Part shown: positions 26,739 to 35,375 of the stretch, one piece after another
How positions within the stretch are numbered: position 1 is the first letter of the stretch
Layout of the letters: each line of letters begins with the position of its first letter
From: Chloroflexota bacterium
GTDB taxonomy: Bacteria > Chloroflexota > Limnocylindria > Limnocylindrales > CSP1-4
Direction: 5' to 3'
Assembly (NCBI GenBank): GCA_040899885.1
Contig: JBBDZZ010000028.1
Coordinates: forward strand, 1-41,814
Length of the DNA: 41,814 nucleotides
Notes under the pieces: model-generated
The model's database searches: none
Told to the model about the DNA's origin: nothing
What the model saw: only the letters and a program-made list of their open reading frames with translations
Translations under genes and position numbers: made by a program

Positions 26739-29009
26739 GTGACGAACTTCGACCGCCTCGGCCGGTTCGTCGTCCGCCGGCGACGGGCGGTGATCGGCGC
26801 CTGGGCAATCCTCCTGCTCGCGGCCGTTCCGTTCGCGCCCCGCGTGGGCGACGCCCTGCGGGCCGGCGGGTTCAGCCTCGACGACCTCGAGTCGAGCCGA
26901 GCGCGGAAGGTCCTCCAAACGGAGCTGGATGCTCCGCTGTCAGCAGTGGTCGTCGTCATCCACAGCGAGCGCTGGCGGGCCGGCAGCCCCGAGTTCGAGG
27001 CGGCCACCGCGGAGGTGGTGCGCGACGTCCCGGGGACACCCCACGTCACCGGCCTGGTCTCTCATCTCGTCGCCCCGGACCAGGTCTCGGCCGACCGCCG
27101 GACGGTCTACGACGTCATCCTCCTCGACCTGCCGCCCGACGATTCCCCGGCGGCTCTGCCCGGGCTCGAGGGGAACCTTCGCCGGGTCGATGGACTCGAG
27201 GTGGGTCTTGCCGGCGGTCCGGCGTTCTACGGCGACGTCCAGGCCGTGTCGGAGGCCGACCTCCAGCGGAGCGAGATCATCTCGCTGCCGCTCGCCGCCC
27301 TGGCGCTGCTGTTTGTATTCGGATCCGTGGTGGCGGCGGCCGTGCCGCTCGCCGTCGGTGGGGCTGCCGTCTTCGTCGCGCTCGGGATCATCTACCTCGT
27401 CGCCGGTGCGACGCCGATGAGCATCTTCGTGCTCAACCTCGCGACGCTCCTCGGCCTCGGGTTGGGAGTCGACTACTCGCTGCTGATGACGAGCCGGTTC
27501 CGCGAGGAGCTCGCGGCACGGAACGGACCGGAAAGGGTCGCCGACGCGGTGCGGGTGACGGTCGCCACGGCCGGCCGGGCGGTGTTCTTCAGCGGCCTGA
27601 CGGTCCTGCTCGGACTGATCGGCCTGATCCTGTTCGAGTTCATGATCCTGCGCTCGGTGGGGATCGCGGGCGCGGTGGTCGTCGCGCTCGCGGTCGCGGC
27701 GGCGCTGACGCTGCTGCCGGCGTTGCTGGCGGTCGTCGGGACGCGGATCGATGCGCTGCGGGTGCGGTCCGTCGCGGTCCGCAGTGACGGAGACGGGCCG
27801 TGGGCGCGCGTCGCGCACGCGGTCATGAGCCGACCAGTGGCCGTCCTCATCCCGACGCTGGCGTTCCTGCTCGTCCTCGGCGCGCCGTTCCTCCACGCCC
27901 GGTTCAATGCCCCGGACTCGTCGATCCTGCCGGCGTCCGTGCCGTCACGGCAGGCGTTCGACCGGCTCATCACGAACTTCGGGGAGGGTTCGTTCGCGCC
28001 GCTCTCGCTCGCAGTCCGGACGACGGGTGAGGCGACGACGCCCGACAACCTGGCGCGGTTGCTCGAGTACTCGCGGCGGCTCGCCGCCGACCCGCGGATC
28101 ACCCGGGTCGAGTCGCTCGTCGACATCGATCCGCGGCTCCGACTCGAGCAGTACCAGCTCCTCTACGGCGCGCCCGGCGGCCCGCCCGATCGATTCGTCC
28201 AGCAGGCCGCCGGCGCTACGACCCGCGGCGACCTCACGGCATTCACGATCTACACGCCGTATGGGCCGAACCGCGACGAGGCGCGCGGGCTCGTCGCGGA
28301 CCTCCGCGACCCTGGTGGCGCGCTCGCGCCGCCCGCGGGTACATCCGTCCTCGTCGGCGGTGGCGCCGCGGACGTGTCGGACGTCGTCGGCCGGATCGCC
28401 GCCGACTTCCCGCGGACCGCGCTGTTCATCGTCGTCTCGACGTACCTCGTCCTGTTCGTCCTCCTCCGGTCGGTCGTCCTGCCCGCGAAGGCACTCGTGA
28501 TGAACACGTTGTCGATCGTCGCGAGCTTCGGCGCCCTCGTCTGGATCTTCCAGGACGGCAACCTGTCCGCGCTCTTCGGCTTCCAGCCGGTCGGGTTCGT
28601 CGAGACCAGCCTGCCGGTGATCCTGTTCTGCGTGCTGTTCGGCCTGTCGATGGACTACGAGGTGTTCCTGCTCACGCGGATGAAGGAGGTCTGGGACCGG
28701 ACCGGCGACAACCGCGAGGCGGTCGCACGAGGGCTCGAGCGGAGCGGCCGAATCGTCACCTCCGCGGCACTCATCGTCGTCGTCGTCGCGGGGTCGTTCG
28801 CGTTCGCGGACATCGTCTTGATCAAGGCGCTCGGGATCGGCATGGCGATTGCGGTGGCGCTCGATGCGACGGTCGTCCGGGCGCTGCTCGTCCCGGCGAC
28901 GATGCGCCTGCTCGGCCGGTGGAACTGGTGGATTCCCGCCAGGCTCGAGCGGTTCGTCGCGAGCCGACTGCCGGCGACCGAGGCCGAGATCGAGGCAGCC
29001 GCTCGATGA
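26739..29009 (+). CDS. MMPL-family (RND superfamily) membrane transporter
   Basis: 756 aa. The N-terminus FDRLGRFVVRRRRAVIGAW is typical of MMPL. There are two 6-TM bundles with large extracytoplasmic loops. Confidence 0.9.
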   Translation: MTNFDRLGRFVVRRRRAVIGAWAILLLAAVPFAPRVGDALRAGGFSLDDLESSRARKVLQTELDAPLSAVVVVIHSERWRAGSPEFEAATAEVVRDVPGTPHVTGLVSHLVAPDQVSADRRTVYDVILLDLPPDDSPAALPGLEGNLRRVDGLEVGLAGGPAFYGDVQAVSEADLQRSEIISLPLAALALLFVFGSVVAAAVPLAVGGAAVFVALGIIYLVAGATPMSIFVLNLATLLGLGLGVDYSLLMTSRFREELAARNGPERVADAVRVTVATAGRAVFFSGLTVLLGLIGLILFEFMILRSVGIAGAVVVALAVAAALTLLPALLAVVGTRIDALRVRSVAVRSDGDGPWARVAHAVMSRPVAVLIPTLAFLLVLGAPFLHARFNAPDSSILPASVPSRQAFDRLITNFGEGSFAPLSLAVRTTGEATTPDNLARLLEYSRRLAADPRITRVESLVDIDPRLRLEQYQLLYGAPGGPPDRFVQQAAGATTRGDLTAFTIYTPYGPNRDEARGLVADLRDPGGALAPPAGTSVLVGGGAADVSDVVGRIAADFPRTALFIVVSTYLVLFVLLRSVVLPAKALVMNTLSIVASFGALVWIFQDGNLSALFGFQPVGFVETSLPVILFCVLFGLSMDYEVFLLTRMKEVWDRTGDNREAVARGLERSGRIVTSAALIVVVVAGSFAFADIVLIKALGIGMAIAVALDATVVRALLVPATMRLLGRWNWWIPARLERFVASRLPATEAEIEAAAR

Positions 29010-30250
29010 AGGCGATCGCATGCCTCGCACTGGCCGCGCTGCTCGCCGGTTGCGGCGGCGGCCCGATCCTCGCCAACCCGCCCGCCCAGCGAACGGTCCC
29101 GACTCCGCCCCCGAAGGCCTCGCCGGTGGTGGTTGCAGATCCACAGCCGGTCGAGTTCCCGCGCGACGACGCGCCCCACGACCGGCTGACCGAGTGGTGG
29201 TACTACACCGGCCACCTGCGGGACGCGGTCGGCCGAAACTGGGGCTTCGAGTTCGTGATCTTCCGGGCCGAGCGCGGCCGATTCCCGGTCACCTGGGCAT
29301 CGCACCTCGCCCTGACAGACGAAGCTGGCGGTCGGTTCACGTACGCGCAACGAAGCGAGATCGGGCCCCAGGTCGACCGGTCGCCCGCGGACGGCTTCGA
29401 CTTCACCCTCGCCGGCGGCGGGCCGACGCCCTGGGCGATGCGAGGCCACGACGGCGTCGACCAGCTGAACGCCCAGGCGGAAGCGTCCGAAACCGCCGGT
29501 GACCCGGCGTCGGTCGGGCTTCACCTGGCCTTGCAGGCCGAAACTGGGCCGGCCCTCCACGACGGAGACGGCTGGATCGACTTCGGGGCGGCGGGTAGCT
29601 CGTACTACTACTCGCGGACGCGCATGGCCGCGACGGGCACCCTCGAGGTCGACGGCGACACGCTCGACGTGACCGGCATGGCCTGGTTCGACCATCAGTG
29701 GGGGGACTTCATCGCGCTCGGGGCCGGTGGCTGGGACTGGTTCGCCGTGAACCTCGAGGACGGCACCGACCTGATGCTGTCGCTCATCCGCGACCGGGAC
29801 GGGAGCTATCCCCTCGTCTACGGCATGCTCGTCGAGCCGGACGGGGGGTTCCGCCACCTGCCGCGCGAAGGATTCTCGGTGGAGGTCACGGCGCGCTGGA
29901 CGAGCCCGGAAACCGGCGCCGAATATCCGGCCGGTTGGCGGATCGAGCTGCCGGGAGAAGCGCTGGCCATCGACCTCGCTCCGACCGTCGCTCACCAGGA
30001 GCTCGACACACGGCCGACGACGGGGGTCGTCTACTGGGAGGGGTCGCAGGTGGTGCGTGCCACCCGGAATGGGCAGCCGCTCGGGGGCGAGGCGTACGTG
30101 GAGCTGACGGGCTACGGAGCTGGCGAGTCCTCGACCGGGTCAAGTGGTGGCAGCACGACGTCGGCTTCGACCGCGAGCACCCGTGCCTGGGCGTCGAGGC
30201 TCGCGAGCTGCGCGAGGACGGACAGCATGTCCTGCGCGGCGGCGCGGTAG
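29006..30250 (+). CDS. AttH/CrtC-like (lipocalin-like domain) lipoprotein
   Basis: ATG overlaps the MMPL stop (ATGA). Lipobox LLAGCGG. Hallmark motifs EWWYYTGHL, SYYYSRTR and AWFDHQWG. Confidence 0.8.
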   Translation: MKAIACLALAALLAGCGGGPILANPPAQRTVPTPPPKASPVVVADPQPVEFPRDDAPHDRLTEWWYYTGHLRDAVGRNWGFEFVIFRAERGRFPVTWASHLALTDEAGGRFTYAQRSEIGPQVDRSPADGFDFTLAGGGPTPWAMRGHDGVDQLNAQAEASETAGDPASVGLHLALQAETGPALHDGDGWIDFGAAGSSYYYSRTRMAATGTLEVDGDTLDVTGMAWFDHQWGDFIALGAGGWDWFAVNLEDGTDLMLSLIRDRDGSYPLVYGMLVEPDGGFRHLPREGFSVEVTARWTSPETGAEYPAGWRIELPGEALAIDLAPTVAHQELDTRPTTGVVYWEGSQVVRATRNGQPLGGEAYVELTGYGAGESSTGSSGGSTTSASTASTRAWASRLASCARTDSMSCAAAR

Positions 30251-30930
30251 GCCGGCTCGTTCGTGAGCGAGGCCGCCAGGCCGGAGCGGGCGGTGTCCCG
30301 CAGCTCCCCGTAGAACGATGAGAGCTGCACCGAAAGCGACGCTGCGTCGTCCCAGACCACGAGCCGGCCGGCGACCTCCGACCCGGTCGACGCGGTGGAG
30401 GCGATCGTCCGGAAGCTCCGCGCGATCTCGGTCGTGTCCAGGCGTCGCGCCTTCAGGGCCACGTTCAGCGAGTCGGCGGCGCTTGCCAGCCGGATGTGGA
30501 GCGACCCGGCCTGCGCGAGCGCGGAGCGTGCGACCGGCGGCGCATTGGGCGGCGGCTCCGGGGTGGACGCCACGGGCGAGTTCGTCGGCGTGACTGAGCT
30601 CGATGGAGTCGGGGTCGGGGGAGGGGTGACCATGCCCGCCCTGACGAAGACGCTGCCGAGTGCGAGGACAGCTACGAGCACTCCGCCGACAATCGCCCCC
30701 GCGACGCCTCCCGCGGCCATGAACAGGCCGGCGCGCTTGGCCGGCACTCCCATGACGAGGCGAGTTCCGCACTTCGGGCAGCGCGAGGCGCCCGTCGCCA
30801 GGGGCCTGGCGCAGACCGGGCAGTTGAAGATCGTGCGCTCTTCGTCCCCGATCGGGAGCGCATCGGGCAGCGGCTCCGGGATGGCGCGACGGGTACGAGG
30901 CTTGCTCTTTGCGCGGGGGGCGGTGGCCAT
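30112..30930 (-). CDS. Zinc-ribbon membrane-anchored protein (272 aa)
   Basis: ATG at 30930. CPVC...CPKC zinc ribbon, one TM, a Pro/Thr linker and a helical extracytoplasmic domain. Confidence 0.6.
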   Translation of the reverse strand: MATAPRAKSKPRTRRAIPEPLPDALPIGDEERTIFNCPVCARPLATGASRCPKCGTRLVMGVPAKRAGLFMAAGGVAGAIVGGVLVAVLALGSVFVRAGMVTPPPTPTPSSSVTPTNSPVASTPEPPPNAPPVARSALAQAGSLHIRLASAADSLNVALKARRLDTTEIARSFRTIASTASTGSEVAGRLVVWDDAASLSVQLSSFYGELRDTARSGLAASLTNEPAYRAAAQDMLSVLAQLASLDAQARVLAVEADVVLPPLDPVEDSPAP

Positions 30931-31053
30931 GCTGATCTCGAGCGCGGGGGGCAACCGACGGGTGGCGGCGACCGGCCGAAGGCGAGTCTGGGCCAATCCG
31001 GAGAGGCAAGGCAGGGGGACGATGGTCCGGTTTGCGCTGGTACGGGACGCCGA

Positions 31054-31095
31054 TTGAGACTGGGTCTCGACAAGGCGGTTGAGACTGGGTATCAT
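31054..31095 (+). promoter_or_regulatory. Promoter with two tandem operator repeats for the Fur-family regulator / metal ABC operon
   Basis: The 12-mer TTGAGACTGGGT occurs twice (31054-31065 and 31079-31090). Each continues into a near-palindrome: GAGAC-TGG-GTCTC and GAGAC-TGG-GTATC. The -35 is TCGACA (31067-31072), followed by a 17-nt spacer and the -10 TATCAT (31090-31095). GTG at 31103 is 8 nt downstream. Confidence 0.55.
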
Positions 31096-31102
31096 TCCGC
31101 CC

Positions 31103-31552
31103 GTGAATGCCATCGACGACACCACCGCTGCGCTCGCGGCCTTCGACCGGGCGGGCTACCGGCTGACCGGCCCACGCCGGGCAGTGGCCGACCTCATCGC
31201 CGCCCGCGAGGGCCACTTCACGGCGGCCGATCTCGTCGCGGAGGCCCGCGCCCGGCGGCTGGGCATCGGGCGGGCGACGATCTTCCGGGCGCTCGACCTG
31301 CTCCTCGAGCTGGGCGTCCTCGAGCGGCTCGACCTCCCTTCCGGAGAGCACGCCTACGTCGGGTGCGAGCCGATCCACCACCACCACGTCGTCTGCTCCG
31401 GGTGCGGCCGGGCGACCGAGATCGACGACGCGGGGCTGCGCGCGGTCGTCGACACGATCGCCGACCGGACCGGCTACGCCATCGAGAACCATCGGCTCGA
31501 GCTCTTCGGGCGTTGCCCGGATTGCCGCGCCACAGGAGGAGCAAACTCGTGA
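31103..31552 (+). CDS. Fur-family metalloregulator (Zur-like)
   Basis: Winged-helix N-domain, then HHHHVVCSGCG...CPDC metal sites. The stop overlaps the next start (GTGA). I prefer GTG 31103 over TTG 31079, which lies inside the putative promoter. Confidence 0.8.
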   Translation: MNAIDDTTAALAAFDRAGYRLTGPRRAVADLIAAREGHFTAADLVAEARARRLGIGRATIFRALDLLLELGVLERLDLPSGEHAYVGCEPIHHHHVVCSGCGRATEIDDAGLRAVVDTIADRTGYAIENHRLELFGRCPDCRATGGANS

Positions 31553-32436
31553 ACCGAACGTTCGTCGCCGTGTTGGTCGCGGCGGCCCTCGTCGCATGCG
31601 GCGGGCCGGCCTCGTCGTCGCCGATCGCGGGCCCAATCCCGGTCGTGGCCACGACGACCGTCCTCGCCGACATCGTCGGCCGGGTCGGGCGGGAGCACGT
31701 CGCGATCACGAGCCTCGTCCCGAAGGGTGGCGAGGTTCACACGTTCGATCCCAGCCCGCAGGACGTCGCGCGCGTCGAGGCGGCCCGGCTGATCGTCGCC
31801 AACGGCCTGGGCCTCGACGACTGGCTCGCGCAACTGGCCCGCGACGCGGGGACGAACGCACCCGTGGTCGCGCTCGGCGACGCGGTCCCGGCCGCGGATC
31901 TCATGCTCGAAGATGGGCGCCCGAACCCGCACGCCTGGCTCGACCCGAACCTCGCCGCGGCCTACGGCCGGGCGGCTGCCGAGGGGCTCAGCCGGATCGA
32001 TCCCCCGAACGCCGCCGCCTATACCGCCAATGCCGAGGCGTTCGCCACGGAGATGGCGGCGCTCGGGGACGAGCTCCGGGCGCGTTTCGAGGCGGTCCCG
32101 GCGGCCAATCGGAAGATCGTCTCGTTCCACGACGCCATGCCCTACTTCGCGCGCGCGTTCGGCCTCGAGATCGTCGGCAACATCGTGTCCGCGCCGGGCC
32201 AGGACCCGTCGGCAGGTGAGCTGGCGGCGCTCATCGACGCGATCCGCGCCAGTGGAGCGCGGGCCATCCTGAGCGAGGTCCAATTCAGCGACGAGCTCGC
32301 GCGGACCCTCGCGGCGGAGACCGGGGCGACGGTCGTCAGCGACCTGTACACCGACACGCTGGGCGACCCGCCGGTCGACACGTACCCGGGCATCCTTCGC
32401 TGGGACGTCGACCGGATCGTCGCCGCGCTCCGGTGA
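31549..32436 (+). CDS. Metal (Zn/Mn-type, cluster A-I) ABC transporter substrate-binding lipoprotein
   Basis: Lipobox LVACGG, plus VVATTTVLADIV and NPHAWLDP, typical of ZnuA/TroA-like SBPs. No His-rich loop, so metal specificity is unresolved. Confidence 0.85.
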   Translation: MNRTFVAVLVAAALVACGGPASSSPIAGPIPVVATTTVLADIVGRVGREHVAITSLVPKGGEVHTFDPSPQDVARVEAARLIVANGLGLDDWLAQLARDAGTNAPVVALGDAVPAADLMLEDGRPNPHAWLDPNLAAAYGRAAAEGLSRIDPPNAAAYTANAEAFATEMAALGDELRARFEAVPAANRKIVSFHDAMPYFARAFGLEIVGNIVSAPGQDPSAGELAALIDAIRASGARAILSEVQFSDELARTLAAETGATVVSDLYTDTLGDPPVDTYPGILRWDVDRIVAALR

Positions 32437-33413
32437 CGCGTACGATGCGGCGGACGATGGAGCCGCCGCCCGAGCCGTTCGACCCGCACGATCACCCTCA
32501 CGCGCATCCCGGTGAACGGAGGCTCGCGACGGTCGAGCCCGGGCTCGACGCGGGCCACGCGCGCGCCCACGCGGACGTCTGGCTGTCCGACGTGTCGGCC
32601 GGATACGGCGACAAGATCGCGCTCGAGAACATCAACCTCGCCGTCGAGGCCGGCTCGCTGCTCGCCGTCGTCGGCCCGAACGGCGCCGGCAAGAGCACGC
32701 TCCTCAAGCTCATGGCCGGCCTCATCCGGCCGTGGACGGGCCGGGTGGAGGTGCTCGGTCACCCGGCCGGCCAGCAGGCGCGGCGGGTCGCCTACGTCCC
32801 CCAGGCGGAGCTCGTCGATTGGGCCTTCCCGGTGACCGTCGAGGACGTCGTCATGATGGGCCGCTACCCGGCACTCGGCCGGTTGCGGCGGCCGGGAGCC
32901 GCTGATCGTCGGGCCGTGCGCGACGCGCTCGGCCGAGTCTCGATGGCGGACCACACCCGGACCCAGATCGGGGCGCTGTCGGGCGGCCAGCGCCGGCGGG
33001 TCTTCCTCGCCCGAGCGCTCGCCGCGGAGCCCGACCTGTTCCTCCTCGACGAGCCGGTAACCGGCGTCGACGCGACGACGCAGGAGGACCTGATGGACCT
33101 CCTCGAGGCGGAGGCGCGACGCGGCAAGACCGTCATCGCCACGACCCACGACCTGGCCTGCGCGGCACAACGGTTCCAGCGGGTCGCCGCGATTAACCGG
33201 ACGCTCATCGCCCACGGACCGTCGTCGCTCGTCCTCGATCCGGGCGTCCTTGCGCGGACATATGGGGGGCACCTCCTCGTCCTCGGCGGCCAGGCGGTCG
33301 TCCTCGATGACGCGCACCACCACGACGAAGCGGCCGGCCGGGAGCCGCACTTCCACGAGGACGGCTCACAGGACCACGGCTCGACGATCCCGCCCCGGCG
33401 CCGGTCGCCCTGA
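32433..33413 (+). CDS. Metal ABC transporter ATP-binding protein with His-rich N- and C-terminal extensions
   Basis: Walker A GPNGAGKST, signature LSGGQRRRV, Walker B LFLLDEP. The extensions are DPHDHPHAHP (N-terminal) and DDAHHHDE...HFHEDGSQDHG (C-terminal). Confidence 0.9.
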   Translation: MTRTMRRTMEPPPEPFDPHDHPHAHPGERRLATVEPGLDAGHARAHADVWLSDVSAGYGDKIALENINLAVEAGSLLAVVGPNGAGKSTLLKLMAGLIRPWTGRVEVLGHPAGQQARRVAYVPQAELVDWAFPVTVEDVVMMGRYPALGRLRRPGAADRRAVRDALGRVSMADHTRTQIGALSGGQRRRVFLARALAAEPDLFLLDEPVTGVDATTQEDLMDLLEAEARRGKTVIATTHDLACAAQRFQRVAAINRTLIAHGPSSLVLDPGVLARTYGGHLLVLGGQAVVLDDAHHHDEAAGREPHFHEDGSQDHGSTIPPRRRSP

Positions 33414-33415
33414 CC

Positions 33416-34258
33416 ATGGAGTCCCTGCTCGGACCGCTCGAGCACGCCTTCTTCTTGCGCGCGCTGTTAGCGGCCGCGATCGTCGGGACGGTCTGCGCCG
33501 TCGTGGGCACGTACGTCGTCCTCCGCGGCCTCGCCTTCATCGGCGACGCGATCAGCCACGCGGCATTTCCGGGCGTCGTCGGGGCGTTTCTCCTGCAGCT
33601 CCCGTTCCTGCTCGGCGCGGGCATCGCGGCGATCGGGACGGCCCTCGCGATCGGGTTCGTCAGCCGCCGGTCGCGGCTGCGGACGGACACGACGATCGGG
33701 GTGCTGTTCGCGGGCACGTTCGCGCTCGGAGTCTTCCTGTTCAGCACGATCGAGGGCTACGTCGCGGACCTGTTCAGCTTCCTCTTCGGGTACCTGCTGT
33801 CGACGACGAACGAGGACCTAATCGCGCTCGTGGTGCTGGGCGGTTTCGTCCTTGTGACGGTCGCCATTCTCTGGAAGGAGTTGCTCTACGCGACGTTCGA
33901 CCCGCTTGGCGCTGCTGCTGCGGGCGTTCGCGTCGACTGGCTGGAGTCGCTGTTCCTCGCCCTCGTGGCGGTCACGATCGTCATCAGCCTCCAGGCGGTC
34001 GGGATCATCCTCGTCGTCGCGATGCTCGTGACGCCGGCGGCGACAGCCCAGCTCCTCGCCGTGCGGTTCGGACGGATGATGGCGATCGCCGTCGCGGTAG
34101 GAATCGGGTCGGCGATTGCGGGGCTCTATCTCTCGTTCTGGCTCGATGCGGCCAGCGGCGCGACGATCGTCCTCGTGATGACCGTGGCGTTCCTCCTCGC
34201 GTTCGCCCTCGGACCGCGGACTGGCCTCCTCTCGCGCCGCCGCTCGGTGCCGGCCTAG
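33416..34258 (+). CDS. Metal ABC transporter permease (ABC-3 family)
   Basis: 280-aa polytopic protein immediately after the ATPase. ZnuB/MntB-like composition. Confidence 0.85.
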   Translation: MESLLGPLEHAFFLRALLAAAIVGTVCAVVGTYVVLRGLAFIGDAISHAAFPGVVGAFLLQLPFLLGAGIAAIGTALAIGFVSRRSRLRTDTTIGVLFAGTFALGVFLFSTIEGYVADLFSFLFGYLLSTTNEDLIALVVLGGFVLVTVAILWKELLYATFDPLGAAAAGVRVDWLESLFLALVAVTIVISLQAVGIILVVAMLVTPAATAQLLAVRFGRMMAIAVAVGIGSAIAGLYLSFWLDAASGATIVLVMTVAFLLAFALGPRTGLLSRRRSVPA

Positions 34259-34393
34259 CGAGACTCGCTTGACGCATCACGCTGAGTGATCAGATCCGGA
34301 CCATCCACGCTCGGCCGCACGCGGGACCGACGGTTGGCGGGAGTGGCCACGCTCGACCCGGGCGATTCTTATCACTCGGCGCGATATGCGCGG

Positions 34394-35359
34394 TCAGGCG
34401 CGTTCCGCCACGAGGCGCTCGAGCTCGTCCCTCGTCGGCAGCCCACCGCGCGCTCCGGGCTTCGTCACCGAGAGCGATGCCGCAACGACGGCCCGGCCCG
34501 CAGCCTCCTGGAGGGACAGGCCCTCGGCCAGACCGGCCGCGAGCGCGCCGTTGAGAGCGTCGCCCGCCCCGACCGTGTCGACCGCCTTGAGGCCCGGCGC
34601 CGGGAGCTCGATCGGCTCCGCGCCGGGGACCACGAGGACCGCGCCGGCCATACCGAGCGTCACGAGCACGGCACCCGCCCCTTCCCCCTCGGCGTTCCGT
34701 TCGAGGAGCGTCCGGGCAGCCGCGACGGGGTCTGACGGCACCGCTCCGCGACGGCCGATCCGACGACCCTCCGCCTCGACGAGCACCGCCAGCTCCTGGC
34801 GGTTCGGAGTAACGACGTCGGCCAGCCCGAACACCGAGCGATCGATTCCGTCCGCAGGAGCGGGATTGAGGATCGTCGTTGCCCCCGCGGCGCGGCCCAG
34901 CCGGAGCGCCTCGCGCGCCGTCGCGGTCGGGATCTCGTGCCCGGCGAGGACGACGTCTCCGGCCGTGGGAGCGAGCCTGCCAAGCGCGTCTCGGACGTGG
35001 GTGGGAGTCAGGGCCGCGTTCGCACCCGGCGCGACCGAGATCATGTTCTCGCCGGTGGCATCGACGAGCACGAGCGCGACGCCAGTGGGCTCCGCGGCGT
35101 CGACCACGATCTCACCGGTCGCGACACGCTCCGCCTCGAGCGCGTTCTGGCCCCGCTCTCCGTGCGCATCGGCGCCGATCGCCGCGACGAGTGTGGTCGG
35201 CGCGCCCAGCCGCGCCGCGGCGACGGCCTGGTTGCCGCCCTTGCCTCCGTCATGCTGCGCGAACCGGCCGCCGGTGACGGTCTCGCCCGGCTGCGGCAAG
35301 CGTGGGGCATTGACGACGAGATCAACGTTGACCGAGCCCACGACGATGACGCGGCCCAC
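34394..35359 (-). CDS. rbsK: Ribokinase (PfkB family)
   Basis: GTG at 35359 (VGRVIVVGSVNVDL). Motifs GGKGGNQAVAAARLG and DTVGAGDA. Confidence 0.8.
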   Translation of the reverse strand: MGRVIVVGSVNVDLVVNAPRLPQPGETVTGGRFAQHDGGKGGNQAVAAARLGAPTTLVAAIGADAHGERGQNALEAERVATGEIVVDAAEPTGVALVLVDATGENMISVAPGANAALTPTHVRDALGRLAPTAGDVVLAGHEIPTATAREALRLGRAAGATTILNPAPADGIDRSVFGLADVVTPNRQELAVLVEAEGRRIGRRGAVPSDPVAAARTLLERNAEGEGAGAVLVTLGMAGAVLVVPGAEPIELPAPGLKAVDTVGAGDALNGALAAGLAEGLSLQEAAGRAVVAASLSVTKPGARGGLPTRDELERLVAERA

Positions 35360-35375
35360 CGTTTGCCGCGCCGCG

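Noticed and set aside
34275-34377. Mutually exclusive pairings in the znuB/rbsK spacer. One is the hairpin ATCAC-GCTGA-GTGAT. The other is a long-range GAGTGATCAG/CTTATCACTC helix with a 9-nt direct repeat CCACGCTCG inside, which looks riboswitch-like.
   Set aside because: The spacer lies between convergent gene ends, so there is no downstream gene to regulate on either strand. It is most simply explained as terminator structures. No known riboswitch motif was recognised.
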